DNA from: an uncultured virus (IMG/VR IMGVR_UViG_3300037991_001521)
Lineage: Duplodnaviria > Heunggongvirae > Uroviricota > Caudoviricetes > Autographiviridae
Direction: 5' to 3' (one strand)
IMG/VR virus record: IMGVR_UViG_3300037991_001521
Location: 1 to 64,000 of that record
DNA length: 64,000 nt
Part shown: one piece after another, positions 25,288-34,185 of the stretch
How the letters are laid out: every line of letters begins with the position of its first letter
Position numbering within the stretch: the stretch's first letter is position 1
Program-made: the position numbers and the translations under genes
Notes under the pieces: generated by a model
What the model saw: the letters and a program-made list of their open reading frames with translations, nothing else
Databases searched by the model: none
Told to the model about the DNA's origin: nothing

Positions 25288-26863
25288 TAAATTTACAGGT
25301 GGATAAATCGTAATCTAGTAAGCACGCGATGCCAGTTTCGCCAGAATATCGATTCTTAAGGACTCGCACTGTCGTAGCATTGTGTTTAGATCCACTCTGC
25401 TGATTTCGTTCGAGTGCAATAACGCTATCTGAGAGCTGAGCAATTGAAGCTGAGCCGCGTAGCTGGCCGAGAGTAACTCTTGCTCCTTCTTCATGGTTTT
25501 TATCTGATTGGGTTGTACGGCGGAGATGTGAAACAAGAAACATTGCAATGCCAGTACGTTCCACAAGACTGCGGAGACGGGTCATTGTGATGTCCAGCAT
25601 CCGGCGCTCGTCACCATCTAGACCAGACAAAAGGATACTGAGGTGATCAAGAAATACGACACGAGTCTCAAGACCCGCTGCCATGTACTCAATACGGTTG
25701 TAAATATGGTCAGGGTCATAGCTACCAAAACCATCAAACATGTGAAGGTTCCAGTTGGCTATGGTTTCGTCAAAATGGTCTGTTAGCTCTCGCTTGCTGT
25801 GTTCTCCAATGTGGAGAGACTTACCGACTGCTGATGACATGAGTCCGATAGCTGTACGGCGGTTAGATTCTTCAAGAGCCACGTAGCCGACTCGTTCTCC
25901 TTTGTTAAGAAGGTCAGCTGCAATTGAACGACAGAAGGTGGATTTTCCTTGACCAGAGCCGCTAGTAATTGTTGTAAGTTCGCCAAACCTGATCCCGTGT
26001 AACTTTGTTTGTAATCCTTGAAAGGGGTAGTCATGGTCGGCTGGTGGTGAGGGGGTTGTGACAACTTCGAGCAAGTCTTTGGCATCTACAATCCCATCAG
26101 GTGTGTATTGTTGATGGTTGTAATTACAGACAGCTCTGACAGCTTCTGCATCGCCTGCGGCTAAAGCCTCTGAGGCGTCCTTGTAGCCTTCTAGAAAGCC
26201 GATAAACACCTTGCCAGGTGGTAGGACACCTGCAGCATCTTTAGACGCCTGTACACCGGCAGGATCGTTGTCGAAAAATAGAACTACTTTGTCGTAATGT
26301 GCAATCCATTCGTAATTATGTTGGATTGCTTTTTTGGCCGCGGCAGCCCCGTTAGGAATGCTGACCACGTCCCAGGGCTGTGCCTCGTAGCAGGCCATGG
26401 CATCCATTTCACCCTCTGTAATTACAAGCTTTTTTTGTTTGCTTGTAGTCTTGTGGCGAAAGTTCTGCATTCCGAACAAAGTCTTGACCTCGCCTTCACA
26501 GCGAAAGTCTTTGTCCTTTGTTCTTACCTTAGCCCCAAGTAACTTTCCATCCACATCAAAGTAATAATGCCGAAGAACTTGTCCATCCTTGTAGGTTTTG
26601 AAGAGTTCAGCAGTTTTTTCGCTGATCTTTCGTTGAGCCAACCTTGAAGCAGAACCTTGAAGTTCGACGGCAGACATTGTGTGATTGTGAAGGGACGGCG
26701 TGCCATCACCGTGCGTGCGGTAGTGACACTTGTGACAAAACGTGTGACCATCGGTGTAGATTGCGTTAGCGTCAGAAGAACCGCAGTTAGGACACGGAAG
26801 GTGCCGTATAAACTCGTTCTCTACATGAGCCACGCTACCGGGATGTTCGTGAAAGAGCACCAT
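25241..26863 (-). CDS. Primase-helicase (gp4)
   Basis: Zn finger CPNC...CHKC, TOPRIM ITEGEMDAM/FDND, Walker A SGSGQGKST, LRGS...QLSD, KNRYSGETG. Confidence 0.96.
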   Translation of the reverse strand: MVLFHEHPGSVAHVENEFIRHLPCPNCGSSDANAIYTDGHTFCHKCHYRTHGDGTPSLHNHTMSAVELQGSASRLAQRKISEKTAELFKTYKDGQVLRHYYFDVDGKLLGAKVRTKDKDFRCEGEVKTLFGMQNFRHKTTSKQKKLVITEGEMDAMACYEAQPWDVVSIPNGAAAAKKAIQHNYEWIAHYDKVVLFFDNDPAGVQASKDAAGVLPPGKVFIGFLEGYKDASEALAAGDAEAVRAVCNYNHQQYTPDGIVDAKDLLEVVTTPSPPADHDYPFQGLQTKLHGIRFGELTTITSGSGQGKSTFCRSIAADLLNKGERVGYVALEESNRRTAIGLMSSAVGKSLHIGEHSKRELTDHFDETIANWNLHMFDGFGSYDPDHIYNRIEYMAAGLETRVVFLDHLSILLSGLDGDERRMLDITMTRLRSLVERTGIAMFLVSHLRRTTQSDKNHEEGARVTLGQLRGSASIAQLSDSVIALERNQQSGSKHNATTVRVLKNRYSGETGIACLLDYDLSTCKFNETESTTEPEYIPDF

Positions 26864-27174
26864 AAAATGCCTAATCGCTCACAGTATTGGGCGTATGTAG
26901 TTTTAGATTTTTTAGATATTGTGTTGTAAGGAGCTTGGAAGACCATGCGAAGGTCAAGGTCAGGGTTTTGTTCCTTGACTGCTTTGACTTTGCGCCTGTC
27001 TTTACTATCCCAGTACCCTTTACATTCCAAGTGCACGCCGTTAGGCAAGATGAAGTCTGGTTTGTAAATGTGGGCAATGGTGTAGTCAACCTTGACGGTT
27101 TCGTATTCGTACTTGACGTCAAGGTCAACCAACAGGTCAGCGACTTTCTCCTCCAATCGGGAGCGGAAAGCCAT
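26821..27174 (-). CDS. Endonuclease I / Holliday junction resolvase (gp3)
   Basis: FRSRLEE...YKPDF...ECKG motif. Confidence 0.93.
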   Translation of the reverse strand: MAFRSRLEEKVADLLVDLDVKYEYETVKVDYTIAHIYKPDFILPNGVHLECKGYWDSKDRRKVKAVKEQNPDLDLRMVFQAPYNTISKKSKTTYAQYCERLGILWCSFTNIPVAWLM

Positions 27175-27176
27175 TG

Positions 27177-27749
27177 TCAGAAGTCATCCTCCACAGCTTC
27201 GCCTTGCTGGTCAGCAATGACGTTAGGTTCACTTTGCTTAAAGCCTTTGGTTTTACCGAACAGGTCTGCCACGTCAGTGTCATCCATGTCACCGACATCA
27301 GTGCCAGCTTCAGATGAAACCGAGACAATCTGTACACCAACCAGTTTAAGGCTGGTTCCATAGGTCACGCCATCTTTCAGGACGTACGGCTTTTGGTAAA
27401 AAGCAAGCTTCACTTTGCTTCCGCTGTAAACCGGAACGTTTTCATCAGTGACAGGAGTTCCTTCCGTGTCAACAATGACAGGTTTGGTCTCGTCCTTCCA
27501 AGAAAACTTGATCTTGTACTTACCTTTTGCAACCTCTTCCCAAGGCTCAGGCTTGAGGGTTGAACGCTTAGGGTTTTTTAGTTTTGACTCAGCCCATGCA
27601 AGGCTGCTAGGGCGATCAGTTTCGAGCTGATCAACCACGTCATCACCAACAATAGCGTTGAGACTGTAGCCAAACTTGCTGGGTTTAAGTACAGCCTGAT
27701 AGCCTTCGAGAACGACAGGCTCTTCAGTTTTAAAAATGGTGCGGGCCAT
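27177..27749 (-). CDS. ssDNA-binding protein (gp2.5)
   Basis: SGSKVK...GTSLKLVGVQIV and acidic tail ending in DDF. Confidence 0.92.
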   Translation of the reverse strand: MARTIFKTEEPVVLEGYQAVLKPSKFGYSLNAIVGDDVVDQLETDRPSSLAWAESKLKNPKRSTLKPEPWEEVAKGKYKIKFSWKDETKPVIVDTEGTPVTDENVPVYSGSKVKLAFYQKPYVLKDGVTYGTSLKLVGVQIVSVSSEAGTDVGDMDDTDVADLFGKTKGFKQSEPNVIADQQGEAVEDDF

Positions 27750-30088
27750 TAACAGAAAAAGTAGGTGGAATTAATTACCGTTGACGGTTCTAAGTCACCG
27801 ATAATTGGAGGTTTTGTTTCTGCACCGATGTGTTGTGCAAATGTCGTGAGGTAGTCATGCTCCGCAAACAGGTGCATGTATGTTTCACGAACAATGGCTG
27901 AAAGAATACCCATGTCAGTAGCACGACATAGAACCGAGTCGTGTATGAGGGAAATCGGTGCGTCGAAACGGAGTGTAGATAGACACAAGAGACTTGCATC
28001 AAGTGAATGTATTAGATTAGGACTAGTAGCGTTTTTGTGATGTGCTTTGTCAACCTTGTCGGTGTCACCCGTAGCAATTTTGACTTGACATCTACCCAGT
28101 AATTGGAGATCAATTCGCTGAGTTTGGTATTTCATAAGACGTTGCGTCACAACAAAACCAGACGGTGTTACCCATTGGATTTGTGTTTCGCCACGATCAA
28201 TGGCAGCAGCTACTTCCTTTTCTATCCACTCCATCACTCGCATTGGACCAGGAAAAACCTTGTCCATGGCATTTCTTACAGCCTTTACTACAGCTGTCAA
28301 GTCTTCCTTTTCAACTTGAACACCTTTTTCTTTCAGGGCATCACGAATGTATGACCTATTGGAATAGGGTTTGGCGTTGTAAGGAATTGTCATAACTGTC
28401 CGCTTAGTTACCTTTCGATCCATAAAAGGCTGAATGCTTTCTGGAACGTCTGGTTTTGCTTGTTCAGCTATGGCTTTGTATGCGTCTTCTGGCTTGTTAC
28501 CAGGGACAACATTGACCAACTTTGCAGTTGATTTGTCTCGTGCAAGTCCTGCTAAGATTTGTAAACCTGAGCAAGTTGCATCTGTGGCAACCATCAAGTT
28601 TGTAAACTGACGGTTACATTTAATGACACAAGCGTAGTATTCCTCGCAGCTCGCGAGAAATTGCCAAGGTTCATCAGCAGCTTCCCATTCAGGAAGGTTG
28701 CCAATTGGATCTGTGGCTACACGTTTGATTAGATCGTGGTTGTTATCAACCCAGACCTGTCTGTCGTGCATTGTGTCCTTATCAAGACCATATGTTGTGG
28801 CAACCTGAAAGGCTAGCCAGCGTTCAGACTCTGGGGTGACAAAGGCTGACACATGGAATTTGAGAAGGGACTTTCCGAAGTCTGTGTCTTGTGGAGTCAA
28901 AAACGCAGGGATTGGGTAGACCCTAGATCTATAATCAAACGACCAAGGAATGAAAAATTTTTCTTTGTCCTTGAATACCTTGACAGCATTCATGGTCATC
29001 CGAGTCCTGCAAGACTTCTGGAATGCTTGTGCATTGAGGTTCATTACCTCTGCCGCACGTCGCCTGTAGTCCTTTCGTGCGTCGTAGTTCTCAGCAATGT
29101 CTGCAGGCTTTGGTGGCAGTGGTATGTCAACCACAGGGATAAACTTTCCAACAGCTCTACCCTTAGCCATGAGCGTCTCAGCAACGCCCACTACGAATGG
29201 GTTAAGAGTGTATGCAACCTTCTGAATTTTGTTCAGAAAGGCTATTGGAGTTTCCCCCTGTATACATGAGGGATTGCCCCGACGAACCATGTCATAACCC
29301 TTCATGACCTCATTTAAAATGTAGCCACCTTGAGTCTCATTAGACCAATCATTTGGTTCAATGAGCATGGGCCAAGCAATCGGACTAAATAGTTCAGCCG
29401 TTGCCATGACCTGGTCTTTAATGGCTATAAACTCAGGAGTAGGGACGACATAGTTTTGTCGTTTCTTACCCTCTTGCTTCATGTCTGTCATAAACCAATT
29501 GGAAGACAGACAAATGCAATCAAGCAACCAACCACCTAACCGAATGCGATTAGCACGGCCCCACGCCTGCCAGTGATCAACATCACATCGATTCATCAGT
29601 GTCCGAATGACAACTACCTTTTGCTCGGTGCCAATAGACTTGTGCCAGTAGTTCTGTTTAAGGCTGTGGAGTAACCCTGGCACGTTGGTCTCGTAGTACC
29701 TCATCATGCACTCGTTTTCAATGGCTTTACCGATGGCATCTGTGACGCCTGATACGGTGTTTGCTTTTGGTTTAGTGCTAAAGACTTTGTCGAACGTGAT
29801 TTTGCAAGCAATAGCTGCTGCAGCTTCAGGTTCTAAATCTTTGAGATACTCATGAATCTCTTTGAAGTTTTCACCAGCACGACCATTTGTTATGCGCAAC
29901 CGAGTTGCACTAATACGACCCACCACATGAGGGATAAGGTCCCTAATAGAAGCCACCCCGTAGACTGAAGAACTTGCATAACTTTTTTCCTCAAGGTTGC
30001 GTGTGTTTGAATGCAGATGATCAAGTCCTTGTCGGATTTGTTCTCTTTCAAGGGCAATCTGTTGGTCAATTTCAAATGGTGTCGGCAT
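27749..30088 (-). CDS. Single-subunit T7-like RNA polymerase (779 aa)
   Basis: DYRSRVY, DATCSGLQ, KRTVMTIPY, NLIHSLDAS, IHDS. Confidence 0.97.
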   Translation of the reverse strand: MPTPFEIDQQIALEREQIRQGLDHLHSNTRNLEEKSYASSSVYGVASIRDLIPHVVGRISATRLRITNGRAGENFKEIHEYLKDLEPEAAAAIACKITFDKVFSTKPKANTVSGVTDAIGKAIENECMMRYYETNVPGLLHSLKQNYWHKSIGTEQKVVVIRTLMNRCDVDHWQAWGRANRIRLGGWLLDCICLSSNWFMTDMKQEGKKRQNYVVPTPEFIAIKDQVMATAELFSPIAWPMLIEPNDWSNETQGGYILNEVMKGYDMVRRGNPSCIQGETPIAFLNKIQKVAYTLNPFVVGVAETLMAKGRAVGKFIPVVDIPLPPKPADIAENYDARKDYRRRAAEVMNLNAQAFQKSCRTRMTMNAVKVFKDKEKFFIPWSFDYRSRVYPIPAFLTPQDTDFGKSLLKFHVSAFVTPESERWLAFQVATTYGLDKDTMHDRQVWVDNNHDLIKRVATDPIGNLPEWEAADEPWQFLASCEEYYACVIKCNRQFTNLMVATDATCSGLQILAGLARDKSTAKLVNVVPGNKPEDAYKAIAEQAKPDVPESIQPFMDRKVTKRTVMTIPYNAKPYSNRSYIRDALKEKGVQVEKEDLTAVVKAVRNAMDKVFPGPMRVMEWIEKEVAAAIDRGETQIQWVTPSGFVVTQRLMKYQTQRIDLQLLGRCQVKIATGDTDKVDKAHHKNATSPNLIHSLDASLLCLSTLRFDAPISLIHDSVLCRATDMGILSAIVRETYMHLFAEHDYLTTFAQHIGAETKPPIIGDLEPSTVINSTYFFC
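29256..29276 (-). promoter_or_regulatory. Candidate phage RNAP promoter inside the RNAP gene
   Basis: CAATCCCTCATGTATACAGGG, exact 21-nt copy of 34423..34443. Confidence 0.5.
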
Positions 30089-30218
30089 CTTCAGGTAGAT
30101 ACTTGACTGAGTTCATGTCATCGATTTGTTCGTGCATCAACTCAATAATTTCATCTTTGTGTGGATGTTTATCCAGTTCAATGATGAGTCTTGCAAATTG
30201 CAAATCAGTCATCATCAT
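30072..30218 (-). CDS. Small hypothetical protein (48 aa, ...HPHKDEIIELMHEQ...)
   Basis: Fills the gap before RNAP and overlaps both neighbours. Confidence 0.6.
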   Translation of the reverse strand: MMMTDLQFARLIIELDKHPHKDEIIELMHEQIDDMNSVKYLPEDADTI

Positions 30219-30525
30219 TGGTATCCTCCATTAGAAGCTCTGGGTGCACGTAGTACAACGCTTCTTCAGCGCAGACAATCAATTCGTGCGTTTTGTACGT
30301 CATGTATTGACGTATTTTGTTCTCAGCGTATGACATGCGTTTGTACACATGTTCAGTGACTTTGCTGTTTTTAAGGTTTCTAGCGCGGATGACACAAGCG
30401 ACGTCCATGGGAAGCTCCCAGCCAGCGACCTTCCACTCCATGACATCGTCATAGGAAATGGATTGAAACATACTGGCCGGGGTTTCCTTGTACTTACGCC
30501 ATTTATTTGGGAAATACTTACTCAT
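30205..30525 (-). CDS. Conserved early hypothetical protein (MSKYFPNKWRKYKETP...)
   Basis: 106-aa ORF in a tightly coupled operon. Confidence 0.75.
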   Translation of the reverse strand: MSKYFPNKWRKYKETPASMFQSISYDDVMEWKVAGWELPMDVACVIRARNLKNSKVTEHVYKRMSYAENKIRQYMTYKTHELIVCAEEALYYVHPELLMEDTNDDD

Positions 30526-30658
30526 CGATTAACCGTACGTCTATAAGGTAAGAATCAAGTTCATTGGACAATTCCAAGGCATACCAAGCGGCCTCCTCGG
30601 CATTGGCGGCGAGAATGTAGATAATCTCGTCACTTAGACAAACTTCATACCCCTTCAG
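30518..30658 (-). CDS. Small hypothetical protein (YILAANAEEAAWYALELS); possible CTG start
   Basis: Protein-like 46-aa segment filling the interval; no ATG/GTG in frame. Confidence 0.5.
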   Translation of the reverse strand: MKGYEVCLSDEIIYILAANAEEAAWYALELSNELDSYLIDVRLIDE

Positions 30659-30872
30659 TCGGCTTCCGAGTAGCTCGTCTTGCCCGTCGTGGTTTCGGCT
30701 TTGCGGGTTGTCCGATGTAAGACTCCCGTTCTGCCAAATCCTTATAAATGGAGTGCCACTTGTGNNNNNNNNNNTCGAAGTAATACAACCAACAATGGAT
30801 TGCATTACGGATGAAAAAGTCTTCATCCAGCGCTTTCGCTTTTCCATCGTTAGTCGTGTTTGAAGTGGACAT
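30645..30872 (-). CDS. Small hypothetical protein, spans an N gap
   Basis: DEDFFIRNAIHCWLYYF-[gap]-HKWHSIY; preceded by the TTCACAATCACA motif and AGGA. Confidence 0.6.
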   Translation of the reverse strand: MSTSNTTNDGKAKALDEDFFIRNAIHCWLYYFXXXXHKWHSIYKDLAERESYIGQPAKPKPRRARRATRKPTEGV

Positions 30873-31069
30873 GTTCCTACATGTGATTGTGAAAAGAAGA
30901 TATTCAGTTGTCTAGGTTCGTGGCGGTTTGAGCTATGCCCTGTCCGCACTTACAAGATAATGAGTAGCTACCGTGGTGCCACGAATCAGTTGTAGAAGTG
31001 GCACATTACAAAACTTATTTCGTCGGTTTTATGCTTTACAGGTTGTCTTCAGAATGTAGGGCTTGACAC

Positions 31070-31102
31070 AAAAAAAGACCCCCGCCGACGCAGCAGGGGC
31101 CT
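31070..31102 (-). terminator. Intrinsic terminator in the early region
   Basis: AGGCCCCTGCTG-CGT-CGGCGGGGGTCT followed by a T-run. Confidence 0.8.
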
Positions 31103-31142
31103 TGACAACTCTTCCGTTCCTATGTTAGGTGCGTCCTTGGGA

Positions 31143-31454
31143 TTAGGTGATCATCTTAGTGTTTTCATTAGGTTCATGTGCCTCAGGACCGAAACCCTCA
31201 GCAGCAATCTGATCTTTGCTGACAGTTGTAGGTTTAGCCTTAGCGTCCTTGTCAGCAAATGAAGCAAACCAATCACGTAGATCATCTCCAGTGGGTGTAC
31301 CCTTAGGCCAAGCAATAAACTTAAGAGCTTTCTTTGTGTCCGTGAATATACGACTGGTGTTGGGTTTCCAGATCGTATAGGTCACCACTGGACCTTCACG
31401 GTTACGCCTGCGCTCGATCCACAGGCCATTTGCGGTGAAGTAATCAGGTTTCAT
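31143..31454 (-). CDS. Early hypothetical protein (103 aa)
   Basis: Coupled ORF followed by the terminator. Confidence 0.7.
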   Translation of the reverse strand: MKPDYFTANGLWIERRRNREGPVVTYTIWKPNTSRIFTDTKKALKFIAWPKGTPTGDDLRDWFASFADKDAKAKPTTVSKDQIAAEGFGPEAHEPNENTKMIT

Positions 31455-31833
31455 CTTTTACTGGCGCGAGTTTTTTAGTCTCTTTGATAGCAGGCAAGAT
31501 AGTTACCTTGCGGTGGTTTGGGCAAGCAGCCCTGTTTGTCAAAAACAATTCACCTTTGTAGAAACCATCATCATCTGCCATGCCATTGATTTCACTTTTA
31601 ATTTCTAAGTAATCATCATCAATTGAATCAAGCAACCTAATAGCTGCTGCCATTTCGTACAGTGCTTCCTCTGAATTCATGTCATCGTCCAAAAACTTTT
31701 CCAAATTTAAAGTACAAGTTCTGACTGCAAGCCTGAATGCAGCTTCACGTGCATCCCACCATTCTCCGAGTTTAATCATTGCGAGTGCGCGATAGCGTGC
31801 ACGTGGTGTCAGGTTGCTGTTGTTTGAAGACAT
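31444..31833 (-). CDS. Early hypothetical protein (129 aa)
   Basis: Tightly packed - strand ORF. Confidence 0.65.
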   Translation of the reverse strand: MSSNNSNLTPRARYRALAMIKLGEWWDAREAAFRLAVRTCTLNLEKFLDDDMNSEEALYEMAAAIRLLDSIDDDYLEIKSEINGMADDDGFYKGELFLTNRAACPNHRKVTILPAIKETKKLAPVKDET

Positions 31834-31963
31834 TGTAAAAGCTCCGTTCTAGGGTGGTTAGTTTGATGGATGGATCTGTGAGTGCCAGGCGTGCACGTTG
31901 TTTAGCTTTCGCTATGTACGTCCCTGGGTTGGTGTACCATTGATTGACACGGTCGTTACTCAA
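31772..31963 (-). CDS. Early hypothetical protein (YIAKAKQRARLAL...LTTLERSFY)
   Basis: Packed ORF with TTG start. Confidence 0.55.
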   Translation of the reverse strand: MSNDRVNQWYTNPGTYIAKAKQRARLALTDPSIKLTTLERSFYNVFKQQQPDTTCTLSRTRND

Positions 31964-32135
31964 GCTGTTGTACAGTAGTTATCTGTACTTTAGACAGAGT
32001 TCTAGGTATTTCTACCATTGCCAACGTAATGGCATGGTTTGCTGACATAGCATTTACCGTGACATGTCCAGTTGATCCACGTCCTGTGGTGCGGGCTTTG
32101 CCTGCGTACTTAACAAACCATTTGGTGTAGTTCAT
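31956..32135 (-). CDS. Early hypothetical protein (59 aa, MNYTKWFVKY...)
   Basis: ATGA coupling with the upstream stop; fills the interval. Confidence 0.55.
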   Translation of the reverse strand: MNYTKWFVKYAGKARTTGRGSTGHVTVNAMSANHAITLAMVEIPRTLSKVQITTVQQLE

Positions 32136-32482
32136 TCAAACCTCGCACGATTGTTGAACTTGTTTTCTGTACACATGCAGTACCATTTGGCAGCTACGTA
32201 GATCTCCGTGGGAGCGTAGTTTTTTGGACGGAAAATAATCTCTGTGTCCGTGATTTTGAGATTGCCAAACTCACCACGTACAAGACTTTCATCCTCTTGT
32301 TCCCACATCCAACCAAACTGGTCCTTGAGTTGGTCCCGTTGTCGGTTGATGAACGTGGTCTCATTGTCAAACTGAGAATCAGTCTGATACATGCTGCGGT
32401 CTCGTGTCACAGTCTTGCGTACGAATGACCGTAGGTCCTTGATCTTGGGATTGTGGACGCGTTGCTTAAAGATGATTGCCAT
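32132..32482 (-). CDS. Early hypothetical protein (116 aa)
   Basis: TAATG coupling. Confidence 0.7.
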   Translation of the reverse strand: MAIIFKQRVHNPKIKDLRSFVRKTVTRDRSMYQTDSQFDNETTFINRQRDQLKDQFGWMWEQEDESLVRGEFGNLKITDTEIIFRPKNYAPTEIYVAAKWYCMCTENKFNNRARFE

Positions 32483-32730
32483 TAGTCGATCATGTTGGGT
32501 TTGAGACGCTCACCGTGGATAGTGACCACACTGAAGCCTAGGGATTCGATCCTTGCAATGTCATACTTGCGTAGTGTTTTGCTACATGTGAGTCCCTGAA
32601 TTGTTTCGGCTTGGTCGTTGACTGGGTACGCCAAAGGTCTGCCGCATACTTGTTTGATTTCGTAGACAGCGAGGTGTGTGCCGTCACTGACTGTGCGGAC
32701 ATGCTGTAGGCGTGCGATGGCTGGGTCCAT
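32482..32730 (-). CDS. Early hypothetical protein (82 aa; YGxxxAYPVN-type motif variant)
   Basis: KQVCGRPLAYPVNDQA...LTCSKTL...IESLGF; preceded by TTCACAATCACA. Confidence 0.7.
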   Translation of the reverse strand: MDPAIARLQHVRTVSDGTHLAVYEIKQVCGRPLAYPVNDQAETIQGLTCSKTLRKYDIARIESLGFSVVTIHGERLKPNMID

Positions 32731-32752
32731 GGGATGTGATTGTGAATGATTG

Positions 32753-32783
32753 AAAAAATACCCGGCTGAAATGTTGCCGGGTT
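32753..32783 (-). terminator. Terminator-like or processing hairpin in the early operon
   Basis: ACCCGGC-AACATTTCA-GCCGGGT-ATTTTTT. Confidence 0.5.
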
Positions 32784-32787
32784 GGTG

Positions 32788-32979
32788 TTAGTTAGCGTGG
32801 TTTAATGCAAGGGCTTTGAAGTCATCAACAAAGGAAATAATCGTGCCCAGTTCTTCATTGCTGAAATGTTTGGTCACGTCATCACTATTTAACGCACGGT
32901 TGAATAGTTTCACAATGTCGTTCATTTCATCGTGGTAGACTTCAAACTTAACGGCGATCTTGTGTTCAGTTGTTGTCAT
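32788..32979 (-). CDS. Early hypothetical protein (MTTTEHKIAV...)
   Basis: ATG 2 nt after the upstream stop. Confidence 0.6.
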   Translation of the reverse strand: MTTTEHKIAVKFEVYHDEMNDIVKLFNRALNSDDVTKHFSNEELGTIISFVDDFKALALNHAN

Positions 32980-32980
32980 T

Positions 32981-33322
32981 TTAGGCGACAGGAATTGCAA
33001 GGGCTCGACTAATCAAAATGTTTGCGGCTGCTTTACATGTACAAACACCAGCACTAAGTGACCAGAATTGGCCTGTAGATTTGACCAGTTCATCATCAAT
33101 CCACGGATAGATTGCACGGGCTGCATCATCCCAACGTTGAAGCGGAATGGTGTTAAGTGCTGGGTCTTCACGGTGAGCGTTGACCAGTTCTTCAGGGCTG
33201 AACTTGCCTGCGATGTATGAAACCACAGACTTATTGGCGAACTGTGTGTAGAAGGCCTGGTGCATGGTGCGCTTGGCGTCAGCGTCACCTTGGAAGTCGA
33301 GATACTGTTTGCGGGTGATCAT
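32981..33322 (-). CDS. Early hypothetical protein (MITRKQYL...HQAFYTQF...LNTIPLQRWD)
   Basis: ATGA coupling; protein-like sequence. Confidence 0.7.
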   Translation of the reverse strand: MITRKQYLDFQGDADAKRTMHQAFYTQFANKSVVSYIAGKFSPEELVNAHREDPALNTIPLQRWDDAARAIYPWIDDELVKSTGQFWSLSAGVCTCKAAANILISRALAIPVA

Positions 33323-33450
33323 GGCTTGAGTTGGCGGCATTGGTCGTAACTCATAGACGTCATCCGTTCGCAGTGCTTAGCGCCGATGTGATCAGCGAAC
33401 TGGGCAGCACCGAACAGACAGAAGAAGATGGCGGTGAGATAGACGGTCAT
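33319..33450 (-). CDS. Small protein with hydrophobic N-terminus (43 aa)
   Basis: MTVYLTAIFFCLFGAAQFADH...; ATGA-coupled at both ends. Confidence 0.6.
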   Translation of the reverse strand: MTVYLTAIFFCLFGAAQFADHIGAKHCERMTSMSYDQCRQLKP

Positions 33451-33662
33451 GAATCGCATTGCTTAAGCTCCTCCAGAACGTCGTCGTTGTTGGTGACGTA
33501 GAAGTAAACCTCTTCTAAGTCAGGGAAGGCGTCACCCATTGCATCGCCGCAGCCGTCGAGGAGAGTGTAGGTGCGCTCGCCGTCTTCGTCGCGTGTCTTG
33601 GTAAGTGTGCAGGGTGTGTGAGCCTGTATGGCTTCGTTGAGTTGGTCGAATGTGTGAGACAT
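33447..33662 (-). CDS. First early gene, hypothetical (MSHTFDQL...)
   Basis: First ORF after the candidate sigma70 promoter. Confidence 0.65.
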   Translation of the reverse strand: MSHTFDQLNEAIQAHTPCTLTKTRDEDGERTYTLLDGCGDAMGDAFPDLEEVYFYVTNNDDVLEELKQCDS

Positions 33663-33706
33663 GGTGTTAATCGGCGTTGAGTGGTTGGTGTCTTGCCGAT
33701 GACCCA

Positions 33707-33785
33707 ATGATTGCTCCTGACCCTGGTCAGTGTCAAGGCTCAGTACGATAAGTCTTGCTTATCAGTGGTAATAAGGCTGGCTTAT
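33707..33785 (-). promoter_or_regulatory. Candidate host sigma70 early promoter with inverted repeats
   Basis: TTGACA-N18-AATCAT; spacer contains CTGACC-AG-GGTCAG; two ATAAG-N5-CTTAT boxes upstream. Confidence 0.5.
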
Positions 33786-34047
33786 GTGTCGCTACAGATT
33801 GAGTGAGATTGAGACAGAGAGGAAACCCGCGCGATCTATATATGCTTAACCTCATTTTGTAGCCGTTGCTACCGTCCAACGCTGCGTAACTGCCTTTCAC
33901 ACAGGTACGCAAAGGCCTAAAAACCCAGTGATACCAAGGGTTTACAGCTGCCAGGACCACTCTTGGACTGGACAAACTGGACAAAAGGCAGGGGTATGGG
34001 GGGGTTTTTGCCAACGCCCCCGCGCGTATAGGCTTCACAAATTTCTG

Positions 34048-34185
34048 TCATTTTTCATCGGACTTCTTCTTAGCCCAACACTTAAGACAGGTAACCTCAC
34101 TAATCGGATAATTAACATTTACCGGTACATCTACACCACATTCCTTACACTGCATAACCTTAACTTCATCTAATTCAAAGTCCAT
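34048..34185 (-). CDS. Small Zn-ribbon protein (45 aa)
   Basis: MDFELDEVKVMQCKECGVDVPVNVNYPISEVTCLKCWAKKKSDEK; two CxxC motifs. Confidence 0.65.
   Translation of the reverse strand: MDFELDEVKVMQCKECGVDVPVNVNYPISEVTCLKCWAKKKSDEK

Noticed and set aside
31061..31130. Two + strand TTGACA hexamers as antisense promoters
   Set aside because: No acceptable -10 element at 16-18 nt spacing
30089..31142. Integrase upstream of RNAP; prophage interpretation
   Set aside because: No tyrosine-recombinase-sized ORF or motifs, and no host genes or att-like tRNA fragment seen
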